This document shows positions 1 to 12,550 of a stretch of DNA of 64,000 nt, one piece after another. Position 1 is the stretch's first letter, and each line of letters starts with the position of its first letter. The translations under genes were made by a program, and so were the position numbers. Origin of the DNA: Octopus vulgaris (Eukaryota); the NCBI GenBank assembly GCA_951406725.2, contig OX597816.1, forward strand, positions 151,342,001-151,406,000, written 5' to 3'. Below the pieces are notes generated by a model. The model saw only the letters and a list, made by a program, of their open reading frames with translations. It did no database searches and had not been told where the DNA came from.

Positions 1-700
1 GAAGTATTTTTGTAAATAAACTTCCTTTAGACTGATGTAAATTTTATGAATAAAGCTGTAAAAGACAAGACCGTGATTGCGTAACTTTTAATTATGCTGG
101 CTTTACCTCTGCAATTTAACTAGGCGTTGCTCAGAAGGAGTATTCTTTGATGAATGAAAAGTTTTCATATTTCCAATGCGTTAACATCGAAAAAAATTGT
201 AATTTAATACCGAAAAGTTTTCAACTTCTTCGATGGACGAGATGACTCCCTATGCATATTTTGTTTCCACTTATTCAGATCTGCTATAAATTTATTTAAG
301 GAATGATACAAATTTTTTCACCAGTTGGAATTAGCAAATAATATTTGAGTTAACGACAAACCACCAGTTGAAGCATAGACTGTTGACGTTTTAAACTTGT
401 CGCCCGAAATCATCAAATTCACTTATTTAGTTTCTTTTCCTTCTCACTGTTTTTATTTTGTTCGACATTATTTTGTTATAGTGGTAAAAATTAAAAACCA
501 AAATAAAAGAAAACAATTTGAAGAAATGAAAATGTATCATAAATGAGAATTTAAATTTGATCATTTAGAACGTAGAGCTTGACATAAACTGCCATACAAT
601 CAATTTGAAATAATTGTTTTCTTATGGAACATTTATTTCATGCAGGGGAAAGGCTTAGCTTAAATAGGTCGACATTTGTATAATATAATCTTCAACCAAA

Positions 701-2104
701 GTAATTGATCCGAATTTCACCGAAACTTCTACATACTGTATATCATTGTCATTTGTATAGTCTACTGTTTCAATTCATGAGTTCCTCTTATGTTACATTT
801 TTCACAAAATTCTGCAAAATCTAGTCAAACCAAAAGAAAGCGCGTTCTTTTCAAATAATCAAAAGATTGCCCTTTGAAGTTGCACTTAAACTGGGTAGGA
901 AACTTTGCTTGATACTGGATTATTGTCTAACTAAACAGCGCTAATACTAATATTTCACAGCCTTTAAGTGAATCGTGATTGTAGAAGTGGACTTGAAAGG
1001 TCAAATGGAAAATTCTCAGCTCTGTATTAATGTATGATCTTATTTATCAATGGTTGGTGACTGTCTATATCATTTCAGTTTTGAGAAAGAAATGTATTTT
1101 GGTGTATAATATAAAACTTTATAGAATGGTAATAAGTGGATATGGCGTTGTTCCTCAATTACCTGAGTATTTTTATGCTGTTTCTGTAGAAACACTTGTT
1201 AATTTAACCATTTCAAAGTTTCTACAAACTAAAATTAACGTATTTCGTAATAAATAAGTTTTAATAAATTTTGTGTGCACACTATTTAGTTTTCTTAACA
1301 TGACACATCGATATATATACACTTGTAGAGTTTGGTCATGTAAATAAGATAGTCACTACATAGTTAACTCCCTTAGTGTACACACTTTAGTTACAACCCA
1401 TTGATGAAATTATTCCTTTGGGATAATAAAACATTAAAAATATACAAATCAAATTTTTATCTCATTCGACAGATTTTTCAAAGTTGTCAGAAAATATAAT
1501 TCGTTTTAAAATAACAATAGAGTAGGTATTTCTAGAAAGAGAAAGAAAATTCATTCCCTACATTACTAGTTGCAATTTTAGCAATACTTACGTACATGCA
1601 AAAATAACATCTACGCTGATCTTCACAATCCACTGCATTCCTATTTACCATACCTAAGCAACGATCAACTAAAGTGTTTTAAAATTTACTCCTGAAAATA
1701 TCAGGTGAGTCATTTTTTAAACAAATAATGATGGCAATTTTGTTTATGGAAACTACTTTTGCTTGGATGAATTTTGTTTTTATTTGTGACAGTATATATC
1801 GATGACATTTGAAAACAACTTTTACTTCTTAAAAGTAGCGAGTTAACTATGATTAAAAAGAAGTATTGTGATTTTTATTGCTATTGTTGTATTTTAAATA
1901 TTAATGAGAGGCATGACAATTAAAGCATTAAAGTTCGTGTGATAAAAAATAGTAATTAATCCGAATTTCACCGAAACCTCTACATACTGTATAGACTACT
2001 GTTTCAATTCATGAGTTTATTTTATGTTACATTTTTCTCAAAATTCTGCAAAATTTAGTCAAACCAAAAGAAAGTGCGTTCTTTTCAAATAATCAAAAGA
2101 CTGC
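701..2104 (+). repeat. ~150-170 bp direct repeat pair (701-870 and 1952-2104) upstream of paralogue 1
   Basis: gtaattgatccgaatttcaccgaaac...ttcttttcaaataatcaaaagattgc occurs twice with few substitutions and one internal indel of about 17 nt. Confidence 0.85.
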
Positions 2105-2903
2105 TTTAATCTAGAAACTCGCATGGGCCAAAGTGTTATGCAGTAGTTCAGAATTGGCGCCTGTGCAATATATATCTTTAAACGGAGACAATTTACATTA
2201 ATTTATTAGTGTCTTGACTTGGCAAGAATACATTGGCACTACACGATACTTGTCAGAGACTTCAAGATCCTAGTTTGTATAAGTTAAATGCTAAACTATC
2301 TAAAAATTGTTCGGCATTCTTTCGAAGGAATGACAGATAGAATATCTATATCCAAAGAATGTCAATTGGGCAATTGTTTTTATTCTAGAGGGTAAACAAA
2401 TATAGAAATAATTAAATTCAAATGTAAAATAAAAAAAAATTTTTTTCTTATCAAGCTGCTTGCAAAGATTTAAGGTGAGTAAGATCGTGACTGCAAATCA
2501 GGATGAAGTAATAATTTTGTGGGGTTACCTTATGAATAAAATAATGCCGAATGATGTATAACTGAAGAGATAATGAAATCTTGCTTTAGAATATATCTCA
2601 TTGTAAAGTAGTTGAGGTAGTATATGTATGGAAACAGAGAATTTTAACTCTTTAAAACCGAGATAGTTAATAATTATATTTTTTCTCTGGTAATTGATAT
2701 ACTAATCTCATACAAAAGTATAAAAGGAAGTTGTTATTCATTACTAAAGTAATTGTGCAAGTTAGATTTTTAATTTTCAGAGTCGTGTTAAAAAGTTTAC
2801 ATCATGTCTGTAGACTCAAAACATTGTACTCAGGAAAAAAATCTGAATCCAATTTATTTTTGTATGTTTTCAATAAATTTTTATTTATTTGAAGGGCAAA
2901 ATA

Positions 2904-3333
2904 ATGGGGCGGTTCAAGAAATACCTTAATGAAACTGAAAAGCAAGAAGCAAAAAAAGTGCGAGAAAGAGAAAGACGTGCAAATGAAACAAATGATGAGA
3001 GACTTGAAAGACTAAGAAAGCTGTCTTTCAATGCACAGAAGAGACGAGCTGAAGAAACATCAGAAGAGAGAAAACAGAGGCTTAGAAGATTGTCTCAGAA
3101 TGAATTGAAAAGAAGAGCCAAAGAAACGAAAGAGGAAAGATATGAAAGACTTAGGAAACTTGCTCAATATGCAAGGAACAGACGTGCTACTGGGTCAAAG
3201 AATCATAACACTCGACAGGGTAAAAAAATTCAAGAAGAAAAGCAAAATGCTAATGGCTACATTAAAGTCAATCTTTTAAAGTATTATGATGTCCAAGAAT
3301 TCCATCATCAGGAGGAGATGCAACATAACCCTG
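2904..3333 (+). CDS. Paralogue 1 coding exon 1: STPR-like 23-aa repeat array
   Basis: Acceptor ttgaag at 2889-2894, ATG at 2904, donor CCTG|gtattt (phase 1). 23-aa periodicity ETxEERxxRLxxL...RR. Confidence 0.85.
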
Positions 3334-6300
3334 GTATTTGTCCCTCTGAACTTTTGTTTCATTTAAGTGTGATATCTAGTTTAATTTCTGTACATATTTA
3401 AGCATTTATATGTTTAACTCTCATAACTGATGTAAATATTTTGTACAATTAGTTGCTGTCCATTGTGCTTAGATAATTTGAACTGTTGTTCATTTTAAAC
3501 TAATTTGAATATTGTGATATATTATATTATTATTTTATACTTATATTCTTTTATATTATTATTGTTATCATTTTGATTTATGTTACTGTTTACAATGTGT
3601 GCCATGTAACAACTATCAGAACCTTGTATATACTTCATTCTTCACTCAAATAGTATTTGGGTTTTGAATGAGTCACAGCGCATGCAGGTTTCTTCTTGAG
3701 AATTTTTAACTACATCATATGATCTAAACAGCAAATGTTTTGTTTGTTAGGTTTTATCATCATTCTACTGAGTCATTTACACCAAAGGATGTATATACCT
3801 TGCTGTCTTCTGATAGTGTTGTTTTCAAGTGATTTCCATAACTCGGCATTGTATTCCTGTTTGGATAATTGTTCAATTATTACCTAAGTCATTTTGAAAT
3901 CTCAACAATATTCTAACACATTTGCTATTTTGTCTTTCCTAACCACTTCATATTTTAAAATGATCCTAATTGAGTACTAGAGTTACTTATATTCTATTTC
4001 ACAGGAAATAATATATCTCGCTTAAAAACATCAAGACTTGATTGTGCCTCAACTCTTCAATTGCATCAAACTCATGCTAACAATGTGCAAAATCTTAATG
4101 AAATGAGTTCATCACAATGGAAAAGGAAAGCCTCTGAAGCAGCTACAATTCGGATAGAAGATGTAACCCCAGACACAAACTTCAAACAAACAAATTCAAA
4201 AGCCTCAAAAACAAGAAGATCAACATCGTAAGTGTTACTCATCTAATTTCTTTCATATTATTGACTTCTCTAGCTCTGATTGATTCTGTATTGGACATCT
4301 GATCATCAGAAGATGACCATTTTTTAAAAAATTCCTCTGTAACCTCTTTAAGAGGCAAAACAAGGATAAGATAAAATTTTAGAAGCTGTAGGAATCTATA
4401 ATTTTACTGAAACGTGGCAAAATCTATACAAAACATTAACAGCTCTCAGTCATTCATTTGTGACAGCTTTTATTATTCACCAAAACACCTTTTTTTTTTT
4501 TTTTAGCAGTAAACATAAGAGAGTGTTGGCTGATCTTGAACAAGAACTTCTGCAGTTGTTCAAAAATAAAGTGTTGCATTAATATAAAGTTAAAGTGTAT
4601 ACTAGATCCTTTAGCCCTCTCAGACCTGGGCTCCTGACCAAAAAAAAAAAAAAAAATAGATAGTTGCATATACAACTCAAGAGTAATGATTACAGGTAAA
4701 CTAATGAACAAAATCACAAAAAATTCTGGAGGATAACAATAATAGGCCTTTCTCTCAACTACCATATTTGTTAGACAAACTGATGGATAGAATCACAAAT
4801 ATTCAGGAGAGTAATAATAACAGGGGAACAATTATGAAGATAATTTCTCTTGAGGTTGCTTTTTCACTTGACTTAGATTAAAATTGGCATCCTGATTCAA
4901 AACTATAGTCAGTTTTCTTTTATCATGTCAAGTTTTTTTCTACTGCTTATTCTCTGAATAAACACAATTGTATTGTTTGTCCATAATAGGACTAATCAGC
5001 TGCTTTTATTATTTTCTTGAAATCAGCACCCCAGAATTACTAGGAAACATGTTTCCAACACCAGACAACAAAACCATGGGCTTGCTTCTTAATGATCATA
5101 TTTGTTCCCTTGACACTAGTTGAATTGTCCAAATCACTCTCATTACCAGCATAAGTGTAATCTCTTCATTCAAAGAATATCATCAATAATTTCCTTAACT
5201 GCAAAGAGTCTAGGCCTTGCTTGTTTACAAGATGAAGTGGTGGGTTCATCACATGCTTGTTTCATTGCAAAATTGTTTTCTTTTTCTTGATTAAAAACAT
5301 CTATGGGGGACACCATTAACAATGAGTCATAAACACACTAGACTACAAAGCTGCAATGTGATCACTTGTCTAATTTTAGTATTTCATCTTCTTTTTGTAC
5401 CTATTTTGTTCATTACCACTTTATTAGCAGTCTGGCAGAGATGATGTTTAAGCTATGCCTGCTATGGTGGGAACATGGTGTAACAGGGTTATTTTTACTT
5501 TTCACCAATTTGACTAAGTTTTTCTCCACCACCATTGTTGTTTGCTTCAGTAGCTTAATTCCCTTATTACATCCCAGCTGTCCATCTTGTACAATCTTAA
5601 TGAAAAGCAACAGCTTGTGGAACACCCACTCATCTGTACAATACCGTCATCATCGTCAATAATTTAATCCCCATTTTCCCATACTTAGGTTAAAGACACC
5701 TACAGTACAGGATAGGTGGCAAGCTGACAGAACCATCAGCATGATGGACAGAATGCGAAGTGGCATTTCTTCCAGCTCTTTACATTGTGAGTCCAAATCC
5801 TACCATGATCAACTTTGTCTTTCATCCTTTCAAGGTCAATAAAATAAGATACAAGTCAACTACTGGGGTCAATGTGGTTGGTTTGGCCCCTTCCCTCAAA
5901 CTTACTGGTCTTGGGCCCAGCATCCCATCCAAAAGAATATTGTGAAAGAACAGCCCACATCACTTTTGCAGGCCTTCCAAGATTGGTAGACTTAATACTG
6001 TTAATATTCCATTTAATCTATTGCAGATTGACACCTGCAAGAAAGAAATGAGTGGGTAGGAAATTCCAAAGGACTCATGTTCTGAGGAGGAAGTATTGGT
6101 CAGAGTGGTTAATGCAGGGTTGAGGAGGGTGAAGAAAGGAGGGAGGAAAGAATGGATTGGAGATACCTGAATGATGACTGCTTTGGAATTTGGCAAAGAC
6201 AAATTAGCTAGTACTAGTGACTCACTAGTATTTGGAGGAAGATCTGTTATGTATCCTAATCTAAATCTAACACATGCAATATGTTACCTTAACATGTTGA

Positions 6301-9300
6301 TATGTTTTCTTTTCCCATATTATGTATCTAACCAATGCTGTTTTACATATTTTGTATTTACAGTCATTCAATGACTGATGAAGTCATAGTTTTCCCACAA
6401 TCAGCTGTGTCTCCAGTTCAAGAAAGACATGTTTTAGTGGTTCCAAATCATCAAGCAGCAGTAATGTCTAATCTGTTTTCTCTATGGAAAGCACGGCGCC
6501 TCTGTGACTCATATATTAGTAATGGTACCATAAATGTAATGGTATGTATGTTTTAATTCTATTTTATTCACATCTAGGATTATGTATCTCAACTTCCAAC
6601 ACCTAACTAGTATTTTATTTTATCAAATTCAAAAGTATCAGAGACAAAGTTTCAGATTCAGTCCCACTACAGAGCATCTTGGCAAATCTTTTACTGTAGT
6701 CCTATCTTAACCAAAGTTTTGTGATCCAAACAAATCAGTGATGGTATGCTTAGGAATTAGTAAGTATAAACAGTTGTATAATGGAAGAAATTAGAAGTGG
6801 CATATCAGATATACACCCCACTTCCTTTAGTTATATTTTTTCCAAATATTTCTTTATAATCCTATGTTTTCAACAATCATCATCATCATCAACGTCTGTT
6901 GTCCATGCTAGCATGGGTGGGACAGTTTGACCAGGGCCGATAAGCCAAGGGGCTGCACCAGACTCCAGTCTGATTTGGCATTGTTTCTATAGCTGGATAC
7001 CCTTCCTAACGCCAACCACTCCAAGAGTGTAACAGGTGCTTTTACATGCCAGTTGCCTGGCACCATTAACTACCATGACTACAGTTTCACTTGTCTTGAT
7101 GGGTCTTCTTCTCAAGCACAACATATTGCTGAAGGTCTTGGTCATTTGTCATTTCCTCTGTGAGGCCCAACACCCAGCACGGGTGCGAGTTACATGACAG
7201 TAGCATCAGCTATATTGCCTCCATGAGGGCCAACACTCAGAAGGGGCTTTTCACATGCCACCGGCATGGATGCTAATGTCACAACACCAGCAATGGCCAT
7301 GAGGCCCAACATTCAAAAGGTGCTCTTACATGGCACCAGCACAAGTGGCAGTAACATGACAACATTTGGCCACAACTATGATTTCACATGGCTAGACAGG
7401 TCTTCTCAAGCATGGCATATCACCAAAGGTCTCAGTCACTAGTCATTGCTTCTGTGAGGCCCAACATTTGAATGTCTTCCTGGATCTACCTCATTCCATG
7501 TCTTCTTGGATCTACCTCTACCATAGGTTCCCTCCACACTTAGAGATCGACATTTTACGCAGCTGTCCTCATCCATATGCATCACATGACCATACCAGCA
7601 CAGTCATCTCTCTTGCACACTACAGATGATGCCCCTTGTGCCTAACTTTTCTCTGAAGATGCTTACACTCTGTCAAACATGCATACTGACATTGCACATC
7701 CAGTGACACATACTGGCTTCATTTCTTTCAAGCCTACACATGTCCTTGGCTGTTACAGCCCGTGTTTTACTGCCATGTGCACACAGGCATCATACAGTCT
7801 GGCTTTCACTCTGAGGGAGAGGCCCTTTGTTGCCAACAGAAATAGAAGCTCTCTGAACTTTGCCCAGCCTATTCTTATTCTCACAGCTACACTCTCAGAG
7901 CATCCACCTCCACTTTTGACTCAGTCACCTAGATAATGGAAGCTATCCACTACCTCTAGCTTATCCCACTGGCATTTGATTGAGTTTATTTTCTGTACAT
8001 TTTTAGTGTTTATTGTACCTGTGCACCTTCCATACACAAAAGCTATTTTTCAGTTAACCTTCCTCTGATATTGCTGCACCTCTTATGTGTTCATAGCTTG
8101 CAATATCAAAGGAAGGTTAACCAGGAAGATAGTTTCTGTGTGTGGTAGATGCACAGGGGCAATAAACACTGAAGATGTACAGAAAACAGATTCCATCACA
8201 TGCCAGGGGAAAAACTAGAAGTAGTTGATAGCTTCCATTACCCGGGCGACCAAGTCTGTAGTGGGGGTGGTTGCTCGGAGAGTGTAACGGCTAGAATAAG
8301 AATAGCCTGGGCAAAGTTCAGAGAGCTCTTACTACTGCTGGCAACTAAGGGCCTCTCACTCAGGATGAAAGATAGACTGTATGATGCATGTGTGCAAACT
8401 GCCATGATACACAGCAGTGAAACATGGGCCATCACTGCTGAGGACTTGCGTAGGCTTGAAAGAAATGAAGCTAGTATGATCCACAGGATGTGTAATGTCA
8501 GTGTGCATACACAACCGAGTGTAAGTGTCCTGAGAGAAAAGTTGGACATAAGAAGCATCAAATGTGGTGTACAAGAGAGATGACTGCACTGGTATGGTCA
8601 TGTGTTACATATGGATGAGGACAGCTGTGTGAGGAAGTGTCACACCCTAACTGTGGAAGAGGTAGACCCAGGAAGACATGAGATGAGTTGGTGAAGCATA
8701 ACCTTCGAATTTTGAGCCTTACGGAGGTAATGACAGGAGACAGACCTTTGGAAATATGCTGTGATTGAGAAGACCAGGCAACTAAAATGAGATTGCAGCC
8801 ACAGTCAATGCCAGTGTTGCATATCTGGCCCATTTAAAAGTACCCTTGATGTGTCAGGCAATATGATATGCTTGAGAAGACCTGTTGAATCAAGTAAAAC
8901 CAAAATTGTAGCTGTGGCCAGTGCCCCCCCTCCTGACTGGCTGTTGTTCTGCTGGCACATAAAATGCCTTATCCAAGCGTGTTCGATGCCAGTGCCCCTT
9001 GACTGGCACCTGTGTCGGTGGCACATAAAACACACCATCCGAATGTGATTAATGCTAGGGCTGCCTTACTAGCTCCTGTACCAGTGGCATGTAATAAGCA
9101 CCATCTGAATGTGGTCGATGCCAGTGCCCTCTGGCTCCCGTGCTGTTGACACGTAAAAAGCGCTATCCAAATGTGATTGATGCCAGGGCCTCCTGACTGG
9201 TTCCTGTGCCGGTGCCATGTAAAAAGCACCCACTACACCCTTGGAGTGGTTGGTGTTAGGAAAAGAATCCAGCTGTAGAAACATTGCCAGATCAGATTGG

Positions 9301-10467
9301 AGCTTGGTGCAGCAGCTAGCTTTCCAGACCTCAGTCAAACTGTCCAGCCCATGCCAGCATAGAAAACGGATGTTAAACAATGTTGATGATATGTAACATG
9401 TTATTAAACTGTATATTTGCCACATTTATTCCAGGTATATTTTATATATTTTTCAGATTCATAAAATGGTTTTAGGAGCTGTGTGTCCAAAACTACTGCC
9501 AGTTCTCCATCATTCATCAAAAGGTTCATTCCCCAATGTGGTCTTTCCAAGTTCAGTCAGTAAAGAAGGACTTTTAGCATTTGCAGAATACATGTACAGC
9601 GGCATTTTAGATCTGAATGAAGAAATTCTAGTCCAACTGAAGACTATTGCTGAAAAATTAGAAATGAAAGATTTTGAAGATCTTTGTTGTAAGGAATTGA
9701 ACAAAGCTAAGACAAAAGATATTTTATCTGGTGTAGTGGAACCTTTGTTGGCAGAACCTTGTTCTTTGTCAGGATTATTCCCTTCCAGAACCCAAGGAGA
9801 TCCTAATGAGGTTCAGAATTCTATGTTTATGAAGTTATTTAGAAATAATTATAGCAATATTAATATGCAAGCTGATGTTTCTGTCACCACAACTTCAGTT
9901 TCTGATGTAAGGTCTGCAGAAAATATGGTTACAGACCAGATTGTTGACATCAAAACTGAAGTGGAACCAGTAATACAGGCTGCAACAAAGTACAACTCTC
10001 TTCAGTTAAAAATAGAACCCTGTAGTCTTGGAGAAAGTCAAAATAGTATTCAAGAAGAACTGTGTATTGATATTGGTAACATTACTGCAATTAATAATGA
10101 TGTTCAGTTAAAGCCTGCTGCCAGTACCACTTCTGGAAAGGTCATCAATAGGGACAATGACTTTGGAGTTTCTCATTCAAACAAACATCTGGATTCCAGT
10201 GATGTCATCTATATATCTGAAGACACTTGTTTATCGCAGCATTCAGAAAATTGTGATAATGATACTGATGATCAGGATGAAGTACAGCTAATTTCAGTAA
10301 CATCTGTAACAGGCAATATAATTGAAGACAATCTCAGCAATAATTCTGATTTGGTAGAGATCTCAAGTACGCTGCCTACAAATACAAAGTGGCTGCAAAC
10401 ATCAAATTCTAAACCATGTCCTGTTAATTTATTTTCTGTGAATGACAGTGGATATTCAACTCTATAG
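2904..10467 (+). CDS. STPR-repeat/BTB-domain protein, paralogue 1 (spliced; exons 2904-3333, 4005-4227, 6364-6541, 9457-10467; 613 aa)
   Basis: All four exons have GT-AG boundaries with phases 1,2,0, and 430+223+178+1011=1842 nt joins in frame with no internal stop. Exon 1 has three exact 23-aa repeats (ETNDERLERLRKLSFNAQKRRAE, ETSEERKQRLRRLSQNELKRRAK, ETKEERYERLRKLAQYARNRRAT). Exons 3-4 give a BTB signature (LWKARRLCDSYI...IHKMVLGAVCP...FAEYMYSGILDL...AEKLEMKDFEDLC). The same structure recurs in two paralogues. Confidence 0.85.
4005..4227 (+). CDS. Paralogue 1 coding exon 2: linker
   Basis: tttcacag| acceptor and TC|gtaagt donor. Open in the frame required to join exons 1 and 3 (phase 1 in, phase 2 out). 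Weak similarity to exon 2 of the paralogues. Confidence 0.75.
5715..5920 (+). mobile_element. Degenerate tRNA-type SINE (second family); related reverse copy near 38780-38980
   Basis: ggtggcaagctgacagaacc...gagtccaaatcctacc...tttgtctttcatcctttcaaggtcaataaaataag resembles an abundant octopus SINE (recalled, not searched). Confidence 0.55.
6364..6541 (+). CDS. Paralogue 1 coding exon 3: N-terminal half of BTB domain
   Basis: tttacag| acceptor and ATG|gtatgt donor. Encodes VVPNHQAAVMSNLFSLWKARRLCDSYISNG. 178 nt, the same length as exon 3 of paralogue 3. Confidence 0.88.
6878..8100 (-). mobile_element. 5'-truncated RTE-clade LINE (RT C-terminus plus 3'UTR, (CAT)n tail)
   Basis: Reverse complement of the adjacent copy at 8101-9390. 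Tail catcatcatcatc at 6878. Confidence 0.85.
8101..9390 (+). mobile_element. 5'-truncated RTE-clade LINE (RT C-terminus plus 3'UTR)
   Basis: ORF 8200..8583 KLEVVDSFHYPGD...ARIRIAWAKFREL...LYDACVQTAMIHSSETWA is the typical RTE post-RT region. Stops and frameshifts follow. Tail gatgat at about 9390. Confidence 0.88.
9457..10467 (+). CDS. Paralogue 1 coding exon 4: BTB core plus acidic tail
   Basis: ttttcag| acceptor, phase 0. Starts IHKMVLGAVCPKL and ends at TAG. ORF track 9466..10467. Confidence 0.9.
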   Translation: MHKMVLGAVCPKLLPVLHHSSKGSFPNVVFPSSVSKEGLLAFAEYMYSGILDLNEEILVQLKTIAEKLEMKDFEDLCCKELNKAKTKDILSGVVEPLLAEPCSLSGLFPSRTQGDPNEVQNSMFMKLFRNNYSNINMQADVSVTTTSVSDVRSAENMVTDQIVDIKTEVEPVIQAATKYNSLQLKIEPCSLGESQNSIQEELCIDIGNITAINNDVQLKPAASTTSGKVINRDNDFGVSHSNKHLDSSDVIYISEDTCLSQHSENCDNDTDDQDEVQLISVTSVTGNIIEDNLSNNSDLVEISSTLPTNTKWLQTSNSKPCPVNLFSVNDSGYSTL

Positions 10468-11419
10468 TGCGCAAATGTTCAATTAAATTTCCCAGTATAT
10501 TATATTTGTAATTATTTTTAACTTCAAATTTCAGATTTCATTTTATTGTCCAGATTAAAATACTGCTAAAGTAGGTTTCTTACCTAACTGATTTTCACCT
10601 TCACAACTTAATCATCACTATCCCCATCATTATCTCTATTATCATGAATTTTCTTTACCAATATGTCTCTGACATCTAACTGGTCTGATAATATAAGTTT
10701 TGGAGGATAAACATACCAAGTTTAATTTTCATCAACAAACTTGTGGAAGACTTACCACTTTTGGCTTAATTGGAAAATTTCATTACTACATCTTTTGAAA
10801 TACTTGAAAAATTCAAGAAAGTTCTGGTAAATAAGTAAAAAGGAAGAAAAGATAGTTATTTTCAGTTGGTTTTTCTTTTACTTTTCAGTGAATTTATCTG
10901 TAATTTTTAAAGTTGTCACTGAATATCAGTTAATTCCTGTCAACAAAAGTATTGCTAATGAGAACTGGTTCAGTAGTTCAGTAAATCTCATTGATGAGTT
11001 GATGTTTTATTATGACAGAATCTTTAAACCATAAGCAGTAATCACAAGATTCATCTCTCAACATAAAAGTTTGTTCAAGCCAATAAGGAGGCCTCTATCT
11101 ATCTTCCTCAGAAAAAAAAGGACACTTTAATAGTGTGTGAAAGAAATATTGTTATGGAAATGGCTGGAATATCTGTAATTATAGGTTTATTTAATCAGAT
11201 CTGTTGTGGGTATAAACAGCTCTCTTAAATAAGTTTTTAAGATCAGTTTCCACCAACCGTTCTAAAGATAAAGAATATATTCATAAAATGTCATATATTT
11301 TGGCAATTTTCGTTCATGACACATGAAATTTACAAATTACAAAACTCGTAATATTATACGTATTACACAACAAATACATATTGCCACTAAACATATTCAA
11401 CTAGGAATGGTGTAATAGG

Positions 11420-11564
11420 TTCAGGTCTGGCCCTGTGCCTAAGAAGTTTGCTCCCCAACCATGTGGATCTGTGTGATGCCTTGGGAAAGTATCTTCCACT
11501 ATAGCTCCAGGCTGACCTAAATCTTGTGAGTTGATTTGATAAGTGGAAATAGAAAGAAGCCTGT

Positions 11565-11600
<36 letters not shown>
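11420..11600 (+). mobile_element. Partial tRNA-derived SINE with (TG)n(TA)n, same family as 34772-35158
   Basis: ccttgggaaagtatcttccactatagctccaggctgacc...gaaagaagcctgttg matches the body of the 34772 copy. Confidence 0.65.
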
Positions 11601-11789
11601 GTCACAATGAGGATATTCAAACCTCTTATAGGGATATTTATCCAAGATACACTGGTTTAATATGTCAAATTTTGAAGAGATAATTCTTCACTGAATATAT
11701 TATATAGAATATTGTAAGATACAAATTAATTTATTAATTAATCAACATATTAACTAACAATTGTTTCATTTCTCAAGATTAGAATTCAT

Positions 11790-12550
11790 CATCAGCATCA
11801 TTTACATGCCATTGGCACAGGAGCCTGTCAGGCAACCTGGCATCAATAACATTCAGATAGTGTTTTTTACATGCCACCATCACGGGAGCCAGCCTAGGTT
11901 ACTGACATCGGCCACATCCGGATGGTGTTTTTTACATGCCACTGGCACAGGAGCCAGTCAGGGGACACAGGCATCGACCATGTTCAGATGAACAGCAAGC
12001 AGCCAGTCAAGGGGCACTGGCCACAGCTGCGATTTTGGTTTTACAGTATGCAATAGGTGTAATTGATTGTCATCATCATCGTTTAATGTCCGTTTTCCAT
12101 GCTGGCATGGGTTGGACAGTTTGACTGAGGTCTGGAGAACCAGTAGCTGCACCAGGCTCCAATCTGATCTGGCAATGTTTCTACAGCTGGATGCCCTTCC
12201 TAATGCCAACCACTCTGAGAGTGTAGTGGGTACTTTTTACATGGCACCGGGACGGGAGCTAGTCAGGTGAGCCTGGCATCAATCATGTTTGGATAGTGCT
12301 TTTTACATGCCACCGGCACAGTAGCCAGTCAGGGGGTACTGGCATCAGCCACATTCGGATGGTGCTTATTACATGCCACCGGCACGAGGACCAATCAGGC
12401 GGTCCTGGCATCGATCACATTTGAATAGTGCTTTTTACATGCCACCGGCATGGGAGCCTGTCAGGCAGACCTGGCATTGACCACAATCAGATGATGCATT
12501 TTACGTGCCACCGGAACAGTTGCCAGTCAGGCGGCACTGGCCACAGCTAC
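11790..12550 (-). mobile_element. RTE 3'UTR copies carrying a 66-bp tandem minisatellite
   Basis: catcatcatcgtttaatgtccgttttccatgctggcatgggttggac at 12071, the same tail as 6878 and 52694. Units ttttacatgccaccggcac...gatggtgct start at 12235, 12301, 12367 and 12433 (66-nt spacing). More units at 11800-12030. Confidence 0.8.

Noticed and set aside
107-168. Possible first coding exon of a divergent minus-strand gene (ATG at 168, MKTFHSSKNTPSEQRLVKLQ, AG|gtaaag)
   Set aside because: Too short, lies at the window edge, and has no downstream exon or homology to support it.
11800-12550. Regularly spaced repeats resembling a CRISPR array
   Set aside because: The units are homologous along their whole 66-nt length with no unique spacers, lie inside a LINE 3'UTR, and the context is eukaryotic with no cas genes.
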